In this document: positions 27,116-35,719 of the stretch, piece after piece
Position numbering within the stretch: position 1 is the first letter of the stretch
How the letters are laid out: the number at the start of each line of letters is the position of its first letter
Assembly: GCA_965284605.1 (NCBI GenBank)
Contig: OZ260101.1
Location: 2,654,513 to 2,718,512 of the forward strand
Direction of reading: 5' to 3'
From: Cyclobacteriaceae bacterium
GTDB taxonomy: Bacteria; Bacteroidota; Bacteroidia; Cytophagales; Cyclobacteriaceae
Length of the DNA stretch: 64,000 nt
Translations under genes and position numbers: made by a program
Notes under the pieces: generated by a model
What the model was told of the DNA's origin: nothing
What the model saw: the letters and a program-made list of their open reading frames with translations, nothing else
The model's database searches: none

Positions 27116-27725
27116 AACCGTTGAGGATTTACGCCAACTACTATCAACAAAAGTGCCAACTGAGGCCTTGGGCTATTGTCTGCGCTTGTGGGTAGAACAA
27201 CCATTCTTCTTTCGACTCGCTTCAAATAGAAGCTCCAAACTAGGAGACTACCGCTATAACTCCAGGGATAAATCGCATATGGTTACAGTGAATAGTGATC
27301 TGAATGCGTATCAATTCCTCATCACATATGTTCATGAGGTTGCTCATAGAGTGGTGCACAGAACTCGGCTTGGGCAGAAGCCTCATGGTATAGAATGGAA
27401 ATCTTGTTTTCAGAAGTTAATGCTGCCTTTACTGCGTCCAGAGGTATTTCCTGATGACATCCTGCGAATTTTGGCCAAGCATATGAAAAACCCGAAGGCA
27501 AGTAGTTCGGCAGACTTTAAATTGTTGCAAGTGCTTTCAAAATACGATGAGTATAAAATCGATAGCACTACATTGAAAGATTTGGAACTTGATACGGAAT
27601 TCAAGTTTAGGAAAAGGGCTTTCCGAAAGCTTCAAGAAAAAAGGACAAGGGCGGTTTGTCTAGAACTGAATAGTCAAAGGCGTTATTTAATCCCTATGGT
27701 TGCTGAGGTAGAGGTGATGGAGTAG
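27102..27725 (+). CDS. SprT-like zinc-metallopeptidase-motif protein
   Basis: 207-aa ORF with an HExxH motif in YVHEVAHRVVH. Size and context resemble SprT-like domain proteins. The annotated ATG overlaps the divergent gene's start by 14 bp. Confidence 0.6.
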   Translation: MNRAITVEDLRQLLSTKVPTEALGYCLRLWVEQPFFFRLASNRSSKLGDYRYNSRDKSHMVTVNSDLNAYQFLITYVHEVAHRVVHRTRLGQKPHGIEWKSCFQKLMLPLLRPEVFPDDILRILAKHMKNPKASSSADFKLLQVLSKYDEYKIDSTTLKDLELDTEFKFRKRAFRKLQEKRTRAVCLELNSQRRYLIPMVAEVEVME

Positions 27726-27728
27726 TAA

Positions 27729-27762
27729 CCTCCCCCAGCCCCTCCTTGAAAAGGAGGGGAGT
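27729..27762. repeat. GC-rich palindromic repeat unit (forward type)
   Basis: The sequence is cctcccccagCCCCTCCTTgaaaAGGAGGGGagt, lying 4 nt after the SprT-like stop codon. Confidence 0.8.
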
Positions 27763-27990
27763 AGTTAGTGCCTCACATTTCATATCAATAAACCTTCCCG
27801 GTCTGATTCTGAAAAAGTCAGATCTAATAATTTGAACTTTTCGGTTTTGAAATTGAACCGGGTTCCCTTACCTAAAGATCAGGGGAGTAATTGGCCTTTA
27901 TAAAATCGCCTTATATACAATGGTTTCGATTGGTGTCTAAACGATCATATGCTAATCAATTGAGTATTCTCTATCAATAAATTGAGTCCA

Positions 27991-28022
27991 ATTCCCCTCC
28001 TTTTAGGAGGGGTCAGGGGTGG
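27991..28022. repeat. GC-rich palindromic repeat unit (reverse type), overlapping the 3' end of the DUF559 ORF
   Basis: The sequence is attCCCCTCCttttAGGAGGGGtcaggggtgg. Its reverse complement matches the forward unit CCACCCC..CCCCTCC..GGAGGGG. Confidence 0.8.
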
Positions 28023-28374
28023 TAAAACCACTTTTAATCTTGTCTAGAACAGCCATAGTTGCTAAGAAGACATCTTCATTTTCGATTCGAACAATTTTGA
28101 AACCGAGTCGCCTAAGTTCATCATCACGTTTTTGATCATAGGCAAGGCCTGCGGCTGAGAAATGTACGTCTCCATCAAGCTCTACAATGAGTTTTTCGGA
28201 TGGACAATAGAAGTCCACTATGTAGTTTTTGATGCTATGTTGTCTTCGAAATTTGCGGCCTTCCAGTTGCTTTTTCGAAAGCAGTGTCCATAGTGTAGCT
28301 TCTGCTGAAGTCCCATTATTTCTGAGATGCTTTCGCCTTTGTTTTAGGGCGAGTCTGTTGTGAATCCTTCCCAA
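28003..28374 (-). CDS. DUF559 / Vsr-like endonuclease-domain protein
   Basis: The 123-aa product LRNNGTSAEATLWTLLSKKQLEGRKFRRQHSIKNYIVDFYCPSEKLIVELDGDVH...DDELRRLGFKIVRIENEDV shows the typical DUF559 pattern. The last codons (TTPDPS*) are encoded by the repeat unit. Confidence 0.8.
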   Translation of the reverse strand: MGRIHNRLALKQRRKHLRNNGTSAEATLWTLLSKKQLEGRKFRRQHSIKNYIVDFYCPSEKLIVELDGDVHFSAAGLAYDQKRDDELRRLGFKIVRIENEDVFLATMAVLDKIKSGFTTPDPS

Positions 28375-28410
28375 TTGTACGTGTTTACTTCAATTTAAGA
28401 AATGTATCAA

Positions 28411-28507
28411 CCACCCCCAACCCCTCCTTGAAAAAGGAGGGGAGTGAAACGACCTTTTTCTTATGAGTAATCTAATTTCCCTCCTGTCATGGAGGGGGGT
28501 AGGGATG
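28411..28507. repeat. Composite ~97-bp element: forward unit + conserved spacer + reverse unit (MITE-like)
   Basis: The sequence is ccacccccaaCCCCTCCTTgaaaaAGGAGGGGagtgaaacgacctttttcttatgagtaatctaatttCCCTCCtgtcatGGAGGGgggtagggatg. Confidence 0.8.
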
Positions 28508-28620
28508 TAAAAAATGGACTTAATCTTCTTAAGAGAGTTGGTGAAGGAAGTATAAGGTTGTTGTGCAATTTCTTTCCAAATCCGCCTAGAAGGTAAGTTG
28601 TACAATTAGGATCACCCCAA

Positions 28621-28721
28621 CCACCCCCAAACCCCTCCTTTAAAAGGATGTGAGTGAAACGAACATTTTCTTATGAGTAATCTAATTCCCCTCCTTCTAG
28701 GAGGGGTGCGAAGCGGGGTGG
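28621..28721. repeat. Second composite element of the same family
   Basis: The sequence is ccacccccaaaCCCCTCCTTtaaaAGGAtGtGagtgaaacgaacattttcttatgagtaatctaattCCCCTCCttctAGGAGGGGtgcgaagcggggtgg. It shares the same spacer, ...gtgaaacga.c.ttttcttatgagtaatctaatt.... Confidence 0.8.
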
Positions 28722-28733
28722 TCGGCCTTTTAG

Positions 28734-29300
28734 TTAGCCTATCCTTCGGCCAATGATGTGATCTATTTTCTCGAAGAACAATTGTGGTTTTAACGTACGC
28801 CAGTTCACTATATCAAGTTCGCCTCCAAAATTGAGATAGCTATCGATATTGAAGTTTTTCATCTCATCTTGAACGAAATCTCGAAAGTTCACAGCAGTGA
28901 TCCAGCCATCTTCCATGTCTTCAAACCATTCTTCATAATAGCTGTCATCTGACCCGTGAAAATTCAGGATGTTTTCACCGATCAGTATGTACTTTGTGAT
29001 GCCAAGACCATTAAAGTGATCGATAATGTTTCGCTTTAAAAACATGATGTCATTGTTGATGGCATCATTCCATTCGCCAATAAATTCTATGATGATGAAC
29101 CCACGTTCATAATCAGTGAAGAGAATTTTGATGTAGAGGGTTTCAGAACCCATAAAGTCCCAATGAGGGTCAATGTAGTAGCCGTAAATGTTCTCGGAGT
29201 ACAGATCGAAGTTATACTCTTTACCATCGTATGGTGAATTAGGATCTTCTGCCACATTATAATACTTGAGCCAGCTGTAGTAGGGTTCGATATTATGCAT
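28734..29300 (-). CDS. Hypothetical protein (acidic/aromatic-rich), last gene of the murQ operon
   Basis: 188-aa ORF lying 3 nt downstream of the preceding ORF. No motif was recognised. Confidence 0.6.
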   Translation of the reverse strand: MHNIEPYYSWLKYYNVAEDPNSPYDGKEYNFDLYSENIYGYYIDPHWDFMGSETLYIKILFTDYERGFIIIEFIGEWNDAINNDIMFLKRNIIDHFNGLGITKYILIGENILNFHGSDDSYYEEWFEDMEDGWITAVNFRDFVQDEMKNFNIDSYLNFGGELDIVNWRTLKPQLFFEKIDHIIGRRIG

Positions 29301-29303
29301 CGG

Positions 29304-29660
29304 CTAGGCAGTCTGAATATGTACCCATTTGACTGGTTGGTTTGGCGTGTCTTGATTTAGGATAACCTCGAAATCGAGCGCTTCTCCATTTTCCATGGGT
29401 CCGATTACTGAAACAGTACCCCTAGAATTCGTATTGAACAAATTGGCAACTTGAAGAGACTGAAAAACAAGCTCAGAGTTGGAACTTGCCGACAGTTGGA
29501 CAAGAATATCGGCTTGAAACTGGTAAGGAAATTTTTCATATTTGGCCAACCTTTGAATGTCGAAAACCAAGCCATTTTCCTTCTGGAAGCTATCTAAAAA
29601 TCTTTGAAATTTTTCTTTTTGGGCAACCTGATAATTGATCGTAAGGAGTATAGTTTTCAT
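29304..29660 (-). CDS. Hypothetical protein, translationally coupled to murQ
   Basis: 118-aa ORF whose ATG overlaps the murQ stop (ATGA, 4-nt overlap). Confidence 0.6.
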   Translation of the reverse strand: MKTILLTINYQVAQKEKFQRFLDSFQKENGLVFDIQRLAKYEKFPYQFQADILVQLSASSNSELVFQSLQVANLFNTNSRGTVSVIGPMENGEALDFEVILNQDTPNQPVKWVHIQTA

Positions 29661-30469
29661 TCCTGATCGTTCTTGATAAAGTCAATCACCTTCCGCACAG
29701 AACCATGCTCTTTTAACAATTGCTCGGCTACCTTATAGTTTACCTGAAGCATTTCCATGATCATTTTTGCACCGCGATCCACCAGTTTGTTGTTGGACAA
29801 CTGCATGTCGACCATTCGATTTCCTTTGACTTTACCAAGTTGAATCATTACTGAAGTAGAGATCATATTGAGTACAAGCTTTTGTGCGGTGCCGGCTTTC
29901 ATTCGAGTGCTGCCGGTTACAAATTCGGGTCCGACAATCGGTTCAATTGGGAACGCTGCCTCCCAAGCCAGTTGGCTATCTGGGTTGCATGTGATGCAGC
30001 CGGTAAGAATACCATTTTCTTTGGCTTTTTTGATGCCTCCGATTACATAAGGTGTTCCGCCAGAGGCAGCAATGCCGATTACTGTATCCTTATGATTAAT
30101 CATGTGTTCTTGAAGGTCTTTCCATGCTTGCTCAGTATTGTCTTCTGCAAATTCTACTGCTTTTCTGATTGCGGTATCACCTCCAGCAATGATTCCCACC
30201 ACCACTCCATGTTCTACGCCATAGGTTGGGGGACACTCTGAAGCGTCTACGACACCTAGTCTACCGCTTGTTCCGGCACCTATATAGAAAATACGGCCAC
30301 CTTTCTGCATGCGTGGCACAATTTCTAATACGAGTGCTTCGATCTGAGGGATGACTTTTTGAACAGCGTGCGCAACAGTTTGATCTTCTTGATTAATGCT
30401 CGTCAGTAATTCTTTCACACTCATCTGATCTAAGCCGTTGTGATTTGATTCTGATTCAGTAATGTTCAT
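29657..30469 (-). CDS. murQ: N-acetylmuramic acid 6-phosphate etherase
   Basis: 270-aa SIS-domain protein with GRIFYIGAGTSGRLGVVDASECPPTYG...GIAASGGTPYV...TGSTRMKAGTAQK. Confidence 0.9.
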   Translation of the reverse strand: MNITESESNHNGLDQMSVKELLTSINQEDQTVAHAVQKVIPQIEALVLEIVPRMQKGGRIFYIGAGTSGRLGVVDASECPPTYGVEHGVVVGIIAGGDTAIRKAVEFAEDNTEQAWKDLQEHMINHKDTVIGIAASGGTPYVIGGIKKAKENGILTGCITCNPDSQLAWEAAFPIEPIVGPEFVTGSTRMKAGTAQKLVLNMISTSVMIQLGKVKGNRMVDMQLSNNKLVDRGAKMIMEMLQVNYKVAEQLLKEHGSVRKVIDFIKNDQE

Positions 30470-30478
30470 GGGTGTGGG

Positions 30479-31312
30479 TTATTGATGAAAAAGGGTAAGC
30501 CCAGCGATGGGTTCCTGTGTGATATGTTTGATTTGTAGACCATTCTGCATGGCAACATCTCTCAGAATATTTCCGAAGTAATAGGCCACAGATCCTGTAA
30601 AGTGAATAGGCAAATCTTGATGTCCCTCATACTTCATCACGTTTCTTGTCATAAAAAGCTGGAAGCCATCGGCTACCAATCCGTACATATAAGGGTCTGA
30701 AATATTTTTACCAATGAATTTGGCGAAGCTTGCTAAAAACCTGCCAGGCATAGGTTCTTGATACATTTTTGTAAGAAAGGCATCTTTGGTCAGTTCAAAC
30801 TCCTCTTTGAAAAGAACTCTAAGATGCTTGGGCATATCTTTTCGATAATAATCCGTGACTAGTGTCTTGCCTAGGTAGGTGCCCCCGCCCTCATCTGCCA
30901 CTGCCCAGCCAAGTGATGGAACATTTTCTGTAATTTTTTGGCCGTCATAAAGACAAGAGTTAGTTCCCGTTCCGATGATGCATGCGATACCGGGTTGATT
31001 GCCACAGAGTGATCGGGCAGCTGCTAGTAAGTCGTGGTTAACATCGATAACGGCATGCGGATAATAGCGACTCAGTAGCCTAGAAATTTTATCTCTGTTG
31101 GTAGCAGAAGAACAGCCAGTACCATAGTAATAGATACGGTCCATCTTTTCTGGCATTTGGTTATGGAGGTTTTGAATCTCCTTCAACATTTCTTCCTCGG
31201 TTTGGTAGTAGGGGTTTATTCCTGCTGTTCTGGCCTGGGCTATACCGCCTTGATCATCGATGATCCGCCAATCCGTTTTTGTAAAGCCACTATCGGCAAT
31301 GAGTATCTTCAT
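30479..31312 (-). CDS. BadF/BadG/BcrA/BcrD-type sugar kinase (GlcNAc/MurNAc kinase-like; MurK-like by context)
   Basis: The product reads MKILIADSGFTKTDW...CIIGTGTNSC...ADEGGGTYLG. It lies directly upstream of murQ, as MurK does in Tannerella by my recollection. Confidence 0.75.
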   Translation of the reverse strand: MKILIADSGFTKTDWRIIDDQGGIAQARTAGINPYYQTEEEMLKEIQNLHNQMPEKMDRIYYYGTGCSSATNRDKISRLLSRYYPHAVIDVNHDLLAAARSLCGNQPGIACIIGTGTNSCLYDGQKITENVPSLGWAVADEGGGTYLGKTLVTDYYRKDMPKHLRVLFKEEFELTKDAFLTKMYQEPMPGRFLASFAKFIGKNISDPYMYGLVADGFQLFMTRNVMKYEGHQDLPIHFTGSVAYYFGNILRDVAMQNGLQIKHITQEPIAGLTLFHQ

Positions 31313-31453
31313 TTAATGATGGAATTCTGGGTATGCATTACTAATTGAAACGAATTTAGAAGTGTCCACGGAGCTTTCCAATTCATTTTCCTTTTAAGCA
31401 GTAGTGACTGAAAACTTTCATTTGCATTCTCGTGTTAGTATTAGGTTTATATT

Positions 31454-31471
31454 ATAAACTAGTTTACATTT
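31454..31471. promoter_or_regulatory. Palindromic box ATAAACTAGTTTACATTT (core TAAACTAGTTTA is a perfect palindrome), candidate operator
   Basis: The core palindrome ends about 22 bp upstream of the ATG at 31488. A near-identical box is found at 32372-32389. Confidence 0.45.
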
Positions 31472-31487
31472 GAGCAAATATTAAATC

Positions 31488-32066
31488 ATGGAAGAAAAGG
31501 AAATGTCTCCTCAGGAAAGTATGGCGCTGATCAATAGCATGATCAATCGCGCCAGAAGACGGTATAAGGATAATAGCTTCTTCTTCTTGCTTTGGGGTTG
31601 GATTGTCCTTGTGGCCAGTGGCAGTCATTTTTACTTTTTGGAGTTTACAGACTACCCTTACCCATACATAGGGTGGTCGTTGAATATTATCGGAGCGATT
31701 GCCTCCGTAATTAGAAGCATAAAAGACGCTAAAAAGGCGGTAGTCTCAAGTTATGCCGATCGTATCTATGGGTACTTATGGCTGGCCTTAGGATTGGCTA
31801 TGTTTACCCTTGTTTTCAACGGAGAAATGTTCGAATGGGCCGTGGTTCCGTTTATTCTATTATTAGTAGCCATAGGAACTTTCGTTTCTGGGGCAATGAT
31901 GAAATTCGTACCATTGCAAGTTGGAGGCATAGCTTTCTGGATACTCTGCTTCGTTGCTTTTAGAGTGTCGGAAGCACAGCAAATGTTAATTATGTCGATT
32001 TCTATGATAGGTTATTTGATTCCAGGATACATGATCAGACACAAAGCAAAGCATAATGGGGTTTGA
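31488..32066 (+). CDS. Multi-pass membrane protein of unknown function
   Basis: 192-aa ORF with 4-5 hydrophobic helices. It overlaps the downstream regulator gene by 11 nt. Confidence 0.7.
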   Translation: MEEKEMSPQESMALINSMINRARRRYKDNSFFFLLWGWIVLVASGSHFYFLEFTDYPYPYIGWSLNIIGAIASVIRSIKDAKKAVVSSYADRIYGYLWLALGLAMFTLVFNGEMFEWAVVPFILLLVAIGTFVSGAMMKFVPLQVGGIAFWILCFVAFRVSEAQQMLIMSISMIGYLIPGYMIRHKAKHNGV

Positions 32067-32346
32067 TTTGCCACTAGACCCCCTTTTACATTCACAGTTG
32101 AGGCTTGCGGTCATGTCGCTGTTAATCAGTGTTGACAGTGCGGATTTTGTTTACATCAAGGAGCAGACGAATGCTACTGCGGGAAACCTAAGTGTACAGA
32201 TAGATAAGCTTTCCACAGCCGGATATATTGAAGTGACAAAAGGATATGAAGGAAAGAAACCTAAGACGACTTGTAAAGTAACCCAACAAGGTGTCGATGC
32301 TTTTGAGGCTTATGTAAAAGCGATTCAAAAGTATTTGAAACCATAA
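32056..32346 (+). CDS. Small winged-helix transcriptional regulator (HTH_34-like)
   Basis: The 96-aa product reads LDPLLHSQLRLAVMSLLISVDSADFVYIKEQTNATAGNLSVQIDKLSTAGYIEV... Confidence 0.7.
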   Translation: MGFDLPLDPLLHSQLRLAVMSLLISVDSADFVYIKEQTNATAGNLSVQIDKLSTAGYIEVTKGYEGKKPKTTCKVTQQGVDAFEAYVKAIQKYLKP

Positions 32347-32371
32347 TTTTTTTGAATTTATAGTTTATAAA

Positions 32372-32389
32372 ATAAACCAGTTTACAATT
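32372..32389. promoter_or_regulatory. Second copy of the box: ATAAACCAGTTTACAATT
   Basis: The core ends about 21 bp upstream of the ATG at 32405, the same spacing as the first copy. Confidence 0.45.
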
Positions 32390-32404
32390 AAAAAACGATT
32401 CAAA

Positions 32405-32947
32405 ATGAAACAGTACATCAAAATGAAAAATCTAAAAAAAGTATTTTTATGTGCTTTAGCACTAGTTTTCACTACGCAAATATCATTTGCTCAAGATCCG
32501 TCAGTAGCCAAGTCAGAAATGAAAAAGCTGAGTAAATGGGTAGGTGAATGGCAAGGTGAAGGTTGGCAAACTGATCAGTCAGGCCAACGAAATACCTTCA
32601 AAGTAAGCGAGTTAGTTATATCAAAATTGAATGGTCTTGCCTTGAATGTAGAGGGAAAAGGTACCGGAAGTGATGGTTATGTAGGTCATAATGCCATCGG
32701 TATGATCTACTATGATATAAATAAAAGAACTTTTCAATTTAACTCAGTGACACAAGAGGGCACTAGCGCTTTTACAGAACTTACAATCAACGCAGACGGT
32801 GCGTTTATCTGGGGTTTTGATGTGCCTGGGGGTAAGGTTGAGTTTACCATATCAATTGATGATGAAAACTGGATAGAAAAAGGAGCCTACAGCGATGGTA
32901 GTAATTGGTATCCCTTTCTCGAAATGAAATTGAAGAAGGTAAAGTAA
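32405..32947 (+). CDS. Secreted protein of unknown function
   Basis: 180-aa ORF with a signal peptide ...VFLCALALVFTTQISFAQ. Confidence 0.65.
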   Translation: MKQYIKMKNLKKVFLCALALVFTTQISFAQDPSVAKSEMKKLSKWVGEWQGEGWQTDQSGQRNTFKVSELVISKLNGLALNVEGKGTGSDGYVGHNAIGMIYYDINKRTFQFNSVTQEGTSAFTELTINADGAFIWGFDVPGGKVEFTISIDDENWIEKGAYSDGSNWYPFLEMKLKKVK

Positions 32948-32952
32948 GTCTT

Positions 32953-33435
32953 ATGGAATTCTTAGAAAAACTACATATTATCAATAGTTGGACAGGTTTC
33001 TTTCATACGGTCGTGGCCATTTTGGCCATGACCTTCGGAACCATTGTGCTTCTTGGTAAGAAGGGCACTACTAGGCACAAAAGGATCGGTTATGCCTATG
33101 TAGTTTCCATGCTCTTTTTAAATGCTAGCGCCTTCGGCATATACAATTTCGGAGGCTTCTCTCTCTTTCATGGTTTCGCTCTTGTGAGTTTAGCAGCCTT
33201 GGCTGCGGGCATAATACCCGCTGTAAGGAGGAAGAGTGCCAAATGGTATAGAAGCCACTTTTACTTTATGAGCTGGTCAGTTGTTGGATTATATTGTGCG
33301 TTTTGGGCCGAAACGGGCGTAAGGTTCTTCGATATGAGATATTTCTGGTGGATAGTCATGTTAGCTACTGTACTCACCTCTATGATTGGCGCTATTATGA
33401 TCAACAAGGAAGCAAAGAAATTAAAATTCGGTTGA
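32953..33435 (+). CDS. Membrane protein (4 predicted helices), unknown function
   Basis: The track ORF starts at 32905 and overlaps the previous gene. The first ATG after that gene's stop is at 32953 (MEFLEKLHI...). Confidence 0.6.
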   Translation: MEFLEKLHIINSWTGFFHTVVAILAMTFGTIVLLGKKGTTRHKRIGYAYVVSMLFLNASAFGIYNFGGFSLFHGFALVSLAALAAGIIPAVRRKSAKWYRSHFYFMSWSVVGLYCAFWAETGVRFFDMRYFWWIVMLATVLTSMIGAIMINKEAKKLKFG

Positions 33436-33505
33436 TCACTGCTAATAAGAAGCTAGTTCCTATTTCTCAGGGCTATGCTTATATTCATGATCAAACTGAA
33501 GGATT

Positions 33506-34747
33506 ATGAAACTACGATTATTCGCTATCTGTATAGCACTCGCATTTTTTGCTGTGGCTTGTGACAGTGCTAAAAAAGAACTCACCGATGATGAACTTAG
33601 GGCTAAAGCCACCGAACTGGCACATAAGAATATAATTGTTGATGGGCATGTCGACTTACCTTATCGTATGGAACAGGGTGGTTTTATGGTGCAGCAGAAA
33701 GTGCTTAATGTTTCTGTCGGCACTGCGGATGGTAACTTCGATTTTCCGAGGGCAAAAGAAGGTGGGCTAGACGCTCCTTTCATGTCTATTTATATACCAG
33801 CACAGTATCAACAAGTGCCGGGCTACGCCAAAAAATTCGCAGATTCTTTGATTCAAATGACCAAGCAACTGGCAAACACTTACCCCGATCAATTCGCGAT
33901 AGCTTATAGTCCTGACGATGTGGAAGAACAATTTAAAGCAGGGAAGATTTCTTTACCAATGGGTATGGAGAATGGTGCGCCATTAGAAGGCGATATTTCT
34001 CTCGTTGAGTATTTCCAAAAAGCTGGAATTAGATATGTGACTTTGACGCATGGTAAGGACAACAAGATTTGTGATTCTTCTTACGATACTACCAGAACCC
34101 ATGGCGGGCTGAGTGATTACGGAAAGTTAGTAGTTGCAGAAATGAATAGAGTAGGCATAATGGTGGATATCTCTCACGTATCAGATGACACTTTTTGGCA
34201 AGTAATGGACCTAAGCAAAGCACCTGCCATCGCCTCACATTCTTCCGTACGACATTTTACCCCAGGTTTTGAGCGTAATATGAACGATGATATGATTAAG
34301 AAACTAGGCGAAAATGATGGAGTCATCATGATCAATTTCGGGTCGAGTTTTTTAGACGGAGAATATAGAGCCAGAAGAGCAGCTTATGATGAACACGTGA
34401 TTAATTGGCTAGCTGATAATGAATTATCTCGAAATGACCCGAAAGCCAAAGCTTACATAGAAGAATATACTAAGAATAACGATCCGTGGAGTGATGTAAA
34501 GAAAGTAGCTGATCACATCGATCACGTAGTGGAATTAACGGGCAGCACTGATCATATAGGTTTTGGATCTGATTTCGATGGCGTGGGAGATTCATTGCCC
34601 ACAGGGCTAAAGGATGTTTCTACTTATCCTAACTTGATTTACGAGCTATTGAAACGTGGTTATTCTGATGATGATATTGCTAAAATGTGTTATCAGAATG
34701 TATTCAGAGTTTGGCGTGCAGTGGAGGCTATTGCTTCGGAGGAGTAG
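33506..34747 (+). CDS. Membrane dipeptidase (peptidase family M19), lipoprotein-like N-terminus
   Basis: The product carries DGHVDLPYR...VTLTHGKDN...DISHVSD...ASHSS...IGFGSDFDGV and an N-terminal FFAVAC lipobox-like motif. Confidence 0.85.
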   Translation: MKLRLFAICIALAFFAVACDSAKKELTDDELRAKATELAHKNIIVDGHVDLPYRMEQGGFMVQQKVLNVSVGTADGNFDFPRAKEGGLDAPFMSIYIPAQYQQVPGYAKKFADSLIQMTKQLANTYPDQFAIAYSPDDVEEQFKAGKISLPMGMENGAPLEGDISLVEYFQKAGIRYVTLTHGKDNKICDSSYDTTRTHGGLSDYGKLVVAEMNRVGIMVDISHVSDDTFWQVMDLSKAPAIASHSSVRHFTPGFERNMNDDMIKKLGENDGVIMINFGSSFLDGEYRARRAAYDEHVINWLADNELSRNDPKAKAYIEEYTKNNDPWSDVKKVADHIDHVVELTGSTDHIGFGSDFDGVGDSLPTGLKDVSTYPNLIYELLKRGYSDDDIAKMCYQNVFRVWRAVEAIASEE

Positions 34748-34845
34748 TTAATTAGTAAACTAGTGAATTGGTTAAATGGTGAATTAGTCTTCGTCAGAGC
34801 CTAACTGAGCACAGAATGTTCCCTAATCAACCAATCAACCAATAA

Positions 34846-35076
34846 CTAATCATCCAAGACGCCAATCACAGTGAACTTCTCAAATACTGTATCAGTATGC
34901 GGAGCATCCGGTAATTCATCTGTTAAATCTTGACCAGCCCAGTGTTCATAGTGCTTACCGTTTCGCCAAAGTTTGGAGGAGGTTACATCATATATCTTGC
35001 CTTTGTAAGCCACCCAGACTTCTTCTTTATCCTGCCCATTGCGCAAAGACAATTGTGACAAACTATAGCTATTCAT
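34846..35076 (-). CDS. Cytochrome b5-like heme/steroid-binding domain protein
   Basis: The 76-aa product reads VAYKGKIYDVTSSKLWRNGKHYEHWAGQDLTDELPDAPH. Confidence 0.7.
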   Translation of the reverse strand: MNSYSLSQLSLRNGQDKEEVWVAYKGKIYDVTSSKLWRNGKHYEHWAGQDLTDELPDAPHTDTVFEKFTVIGVLDD

Positions 35077-35719
35077 TGCCGTGGCCTTTTTCCTTCATAT
35101 AACTTCTGATTTCCTCATCGCTGGTATAGAAGGCGAAATCTAATAACTGAGGCCCCAGCTGATGGTCGATGGCAATCTTATCAGCTCCTTTTTCGAACTT
35201 CCTTCTTGCCTTTTTTGAGAGAGACCAACCCGCTAAAGTGGTAAGCGTACCGAAATACCCACGTTGGTCGTATTGGATAAAATGTGCCATTTCATGCGAT
35301 AGCGCTGAAACTTGCTGATTTAAAGTGAGGCGTTCCATAAAGGAGCCTTCTTCGATCTTAATCTTGTAAATTTTGCTTTTACGAGGCTTAATGAAATTCC
35401 ATACTGAAAAACTGGCTTCTACAGGTGCTCCCGGTAATTTCTTCACAATGATCTGTACTTTTCGGGCTTGAAGCATTGGATAATGAGACAAGGCCAAAAG
35501 CGCGGCTAATTCAAATTTTTCACCATTCTTGACCGTCAATTTAGAGCCAAGGGCTTCACGAAGAGAATCTAGTTTTGGAGCCCAAGTGGCTTCATCATAA
35601 TATGCTGGAAATTGAGGAGGGGATTGTGCAGATACTCCTTTGATAAACAGAGTCAACACACAAATCAGGCAGAAAATGAGTGTGCTTGAAATATTTGATG
35701 TTGAAGATTTTGATCTCAT
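35069..35719 (-). CDS. Exported HExxH-motif protein (putative metallopeptidase-like)
   Basis: 216-aa ORF with an N-terminal hydrophobic signal and the motif LSHEMAHFIQ. It overlaps both neighbours (8 nt and 4 nt). Confidence 0.6.
   Translation of the reverse strand: MRSKSSTSNISSTLIFCLICVLTLFIKGVSAQSPPQFPAYYDEATWAPKLDSLREALGSKLTVKNGEKFELAALLALSHYPMLQARKVQIIVKKLPGAPVEASFSVWNFIKPRKSKIYKIKIEEGSFMERLTLNQQVSALSHEMAHFIQYDQRGYFGTLTTLAGWSLSKKARRKFEKGADKIAIDHQLGPQLLDFAFYTSDEEIRSYMKEKGHGNE

Noticed and set aside
28390-28605. 71-aa minus-strand ORF
   Set aside because: It reads straight through the GC-rich palindromic repeat element, so its peptide (…PPFSRRGWGWLIHF…) is just the translated hairpin arms.
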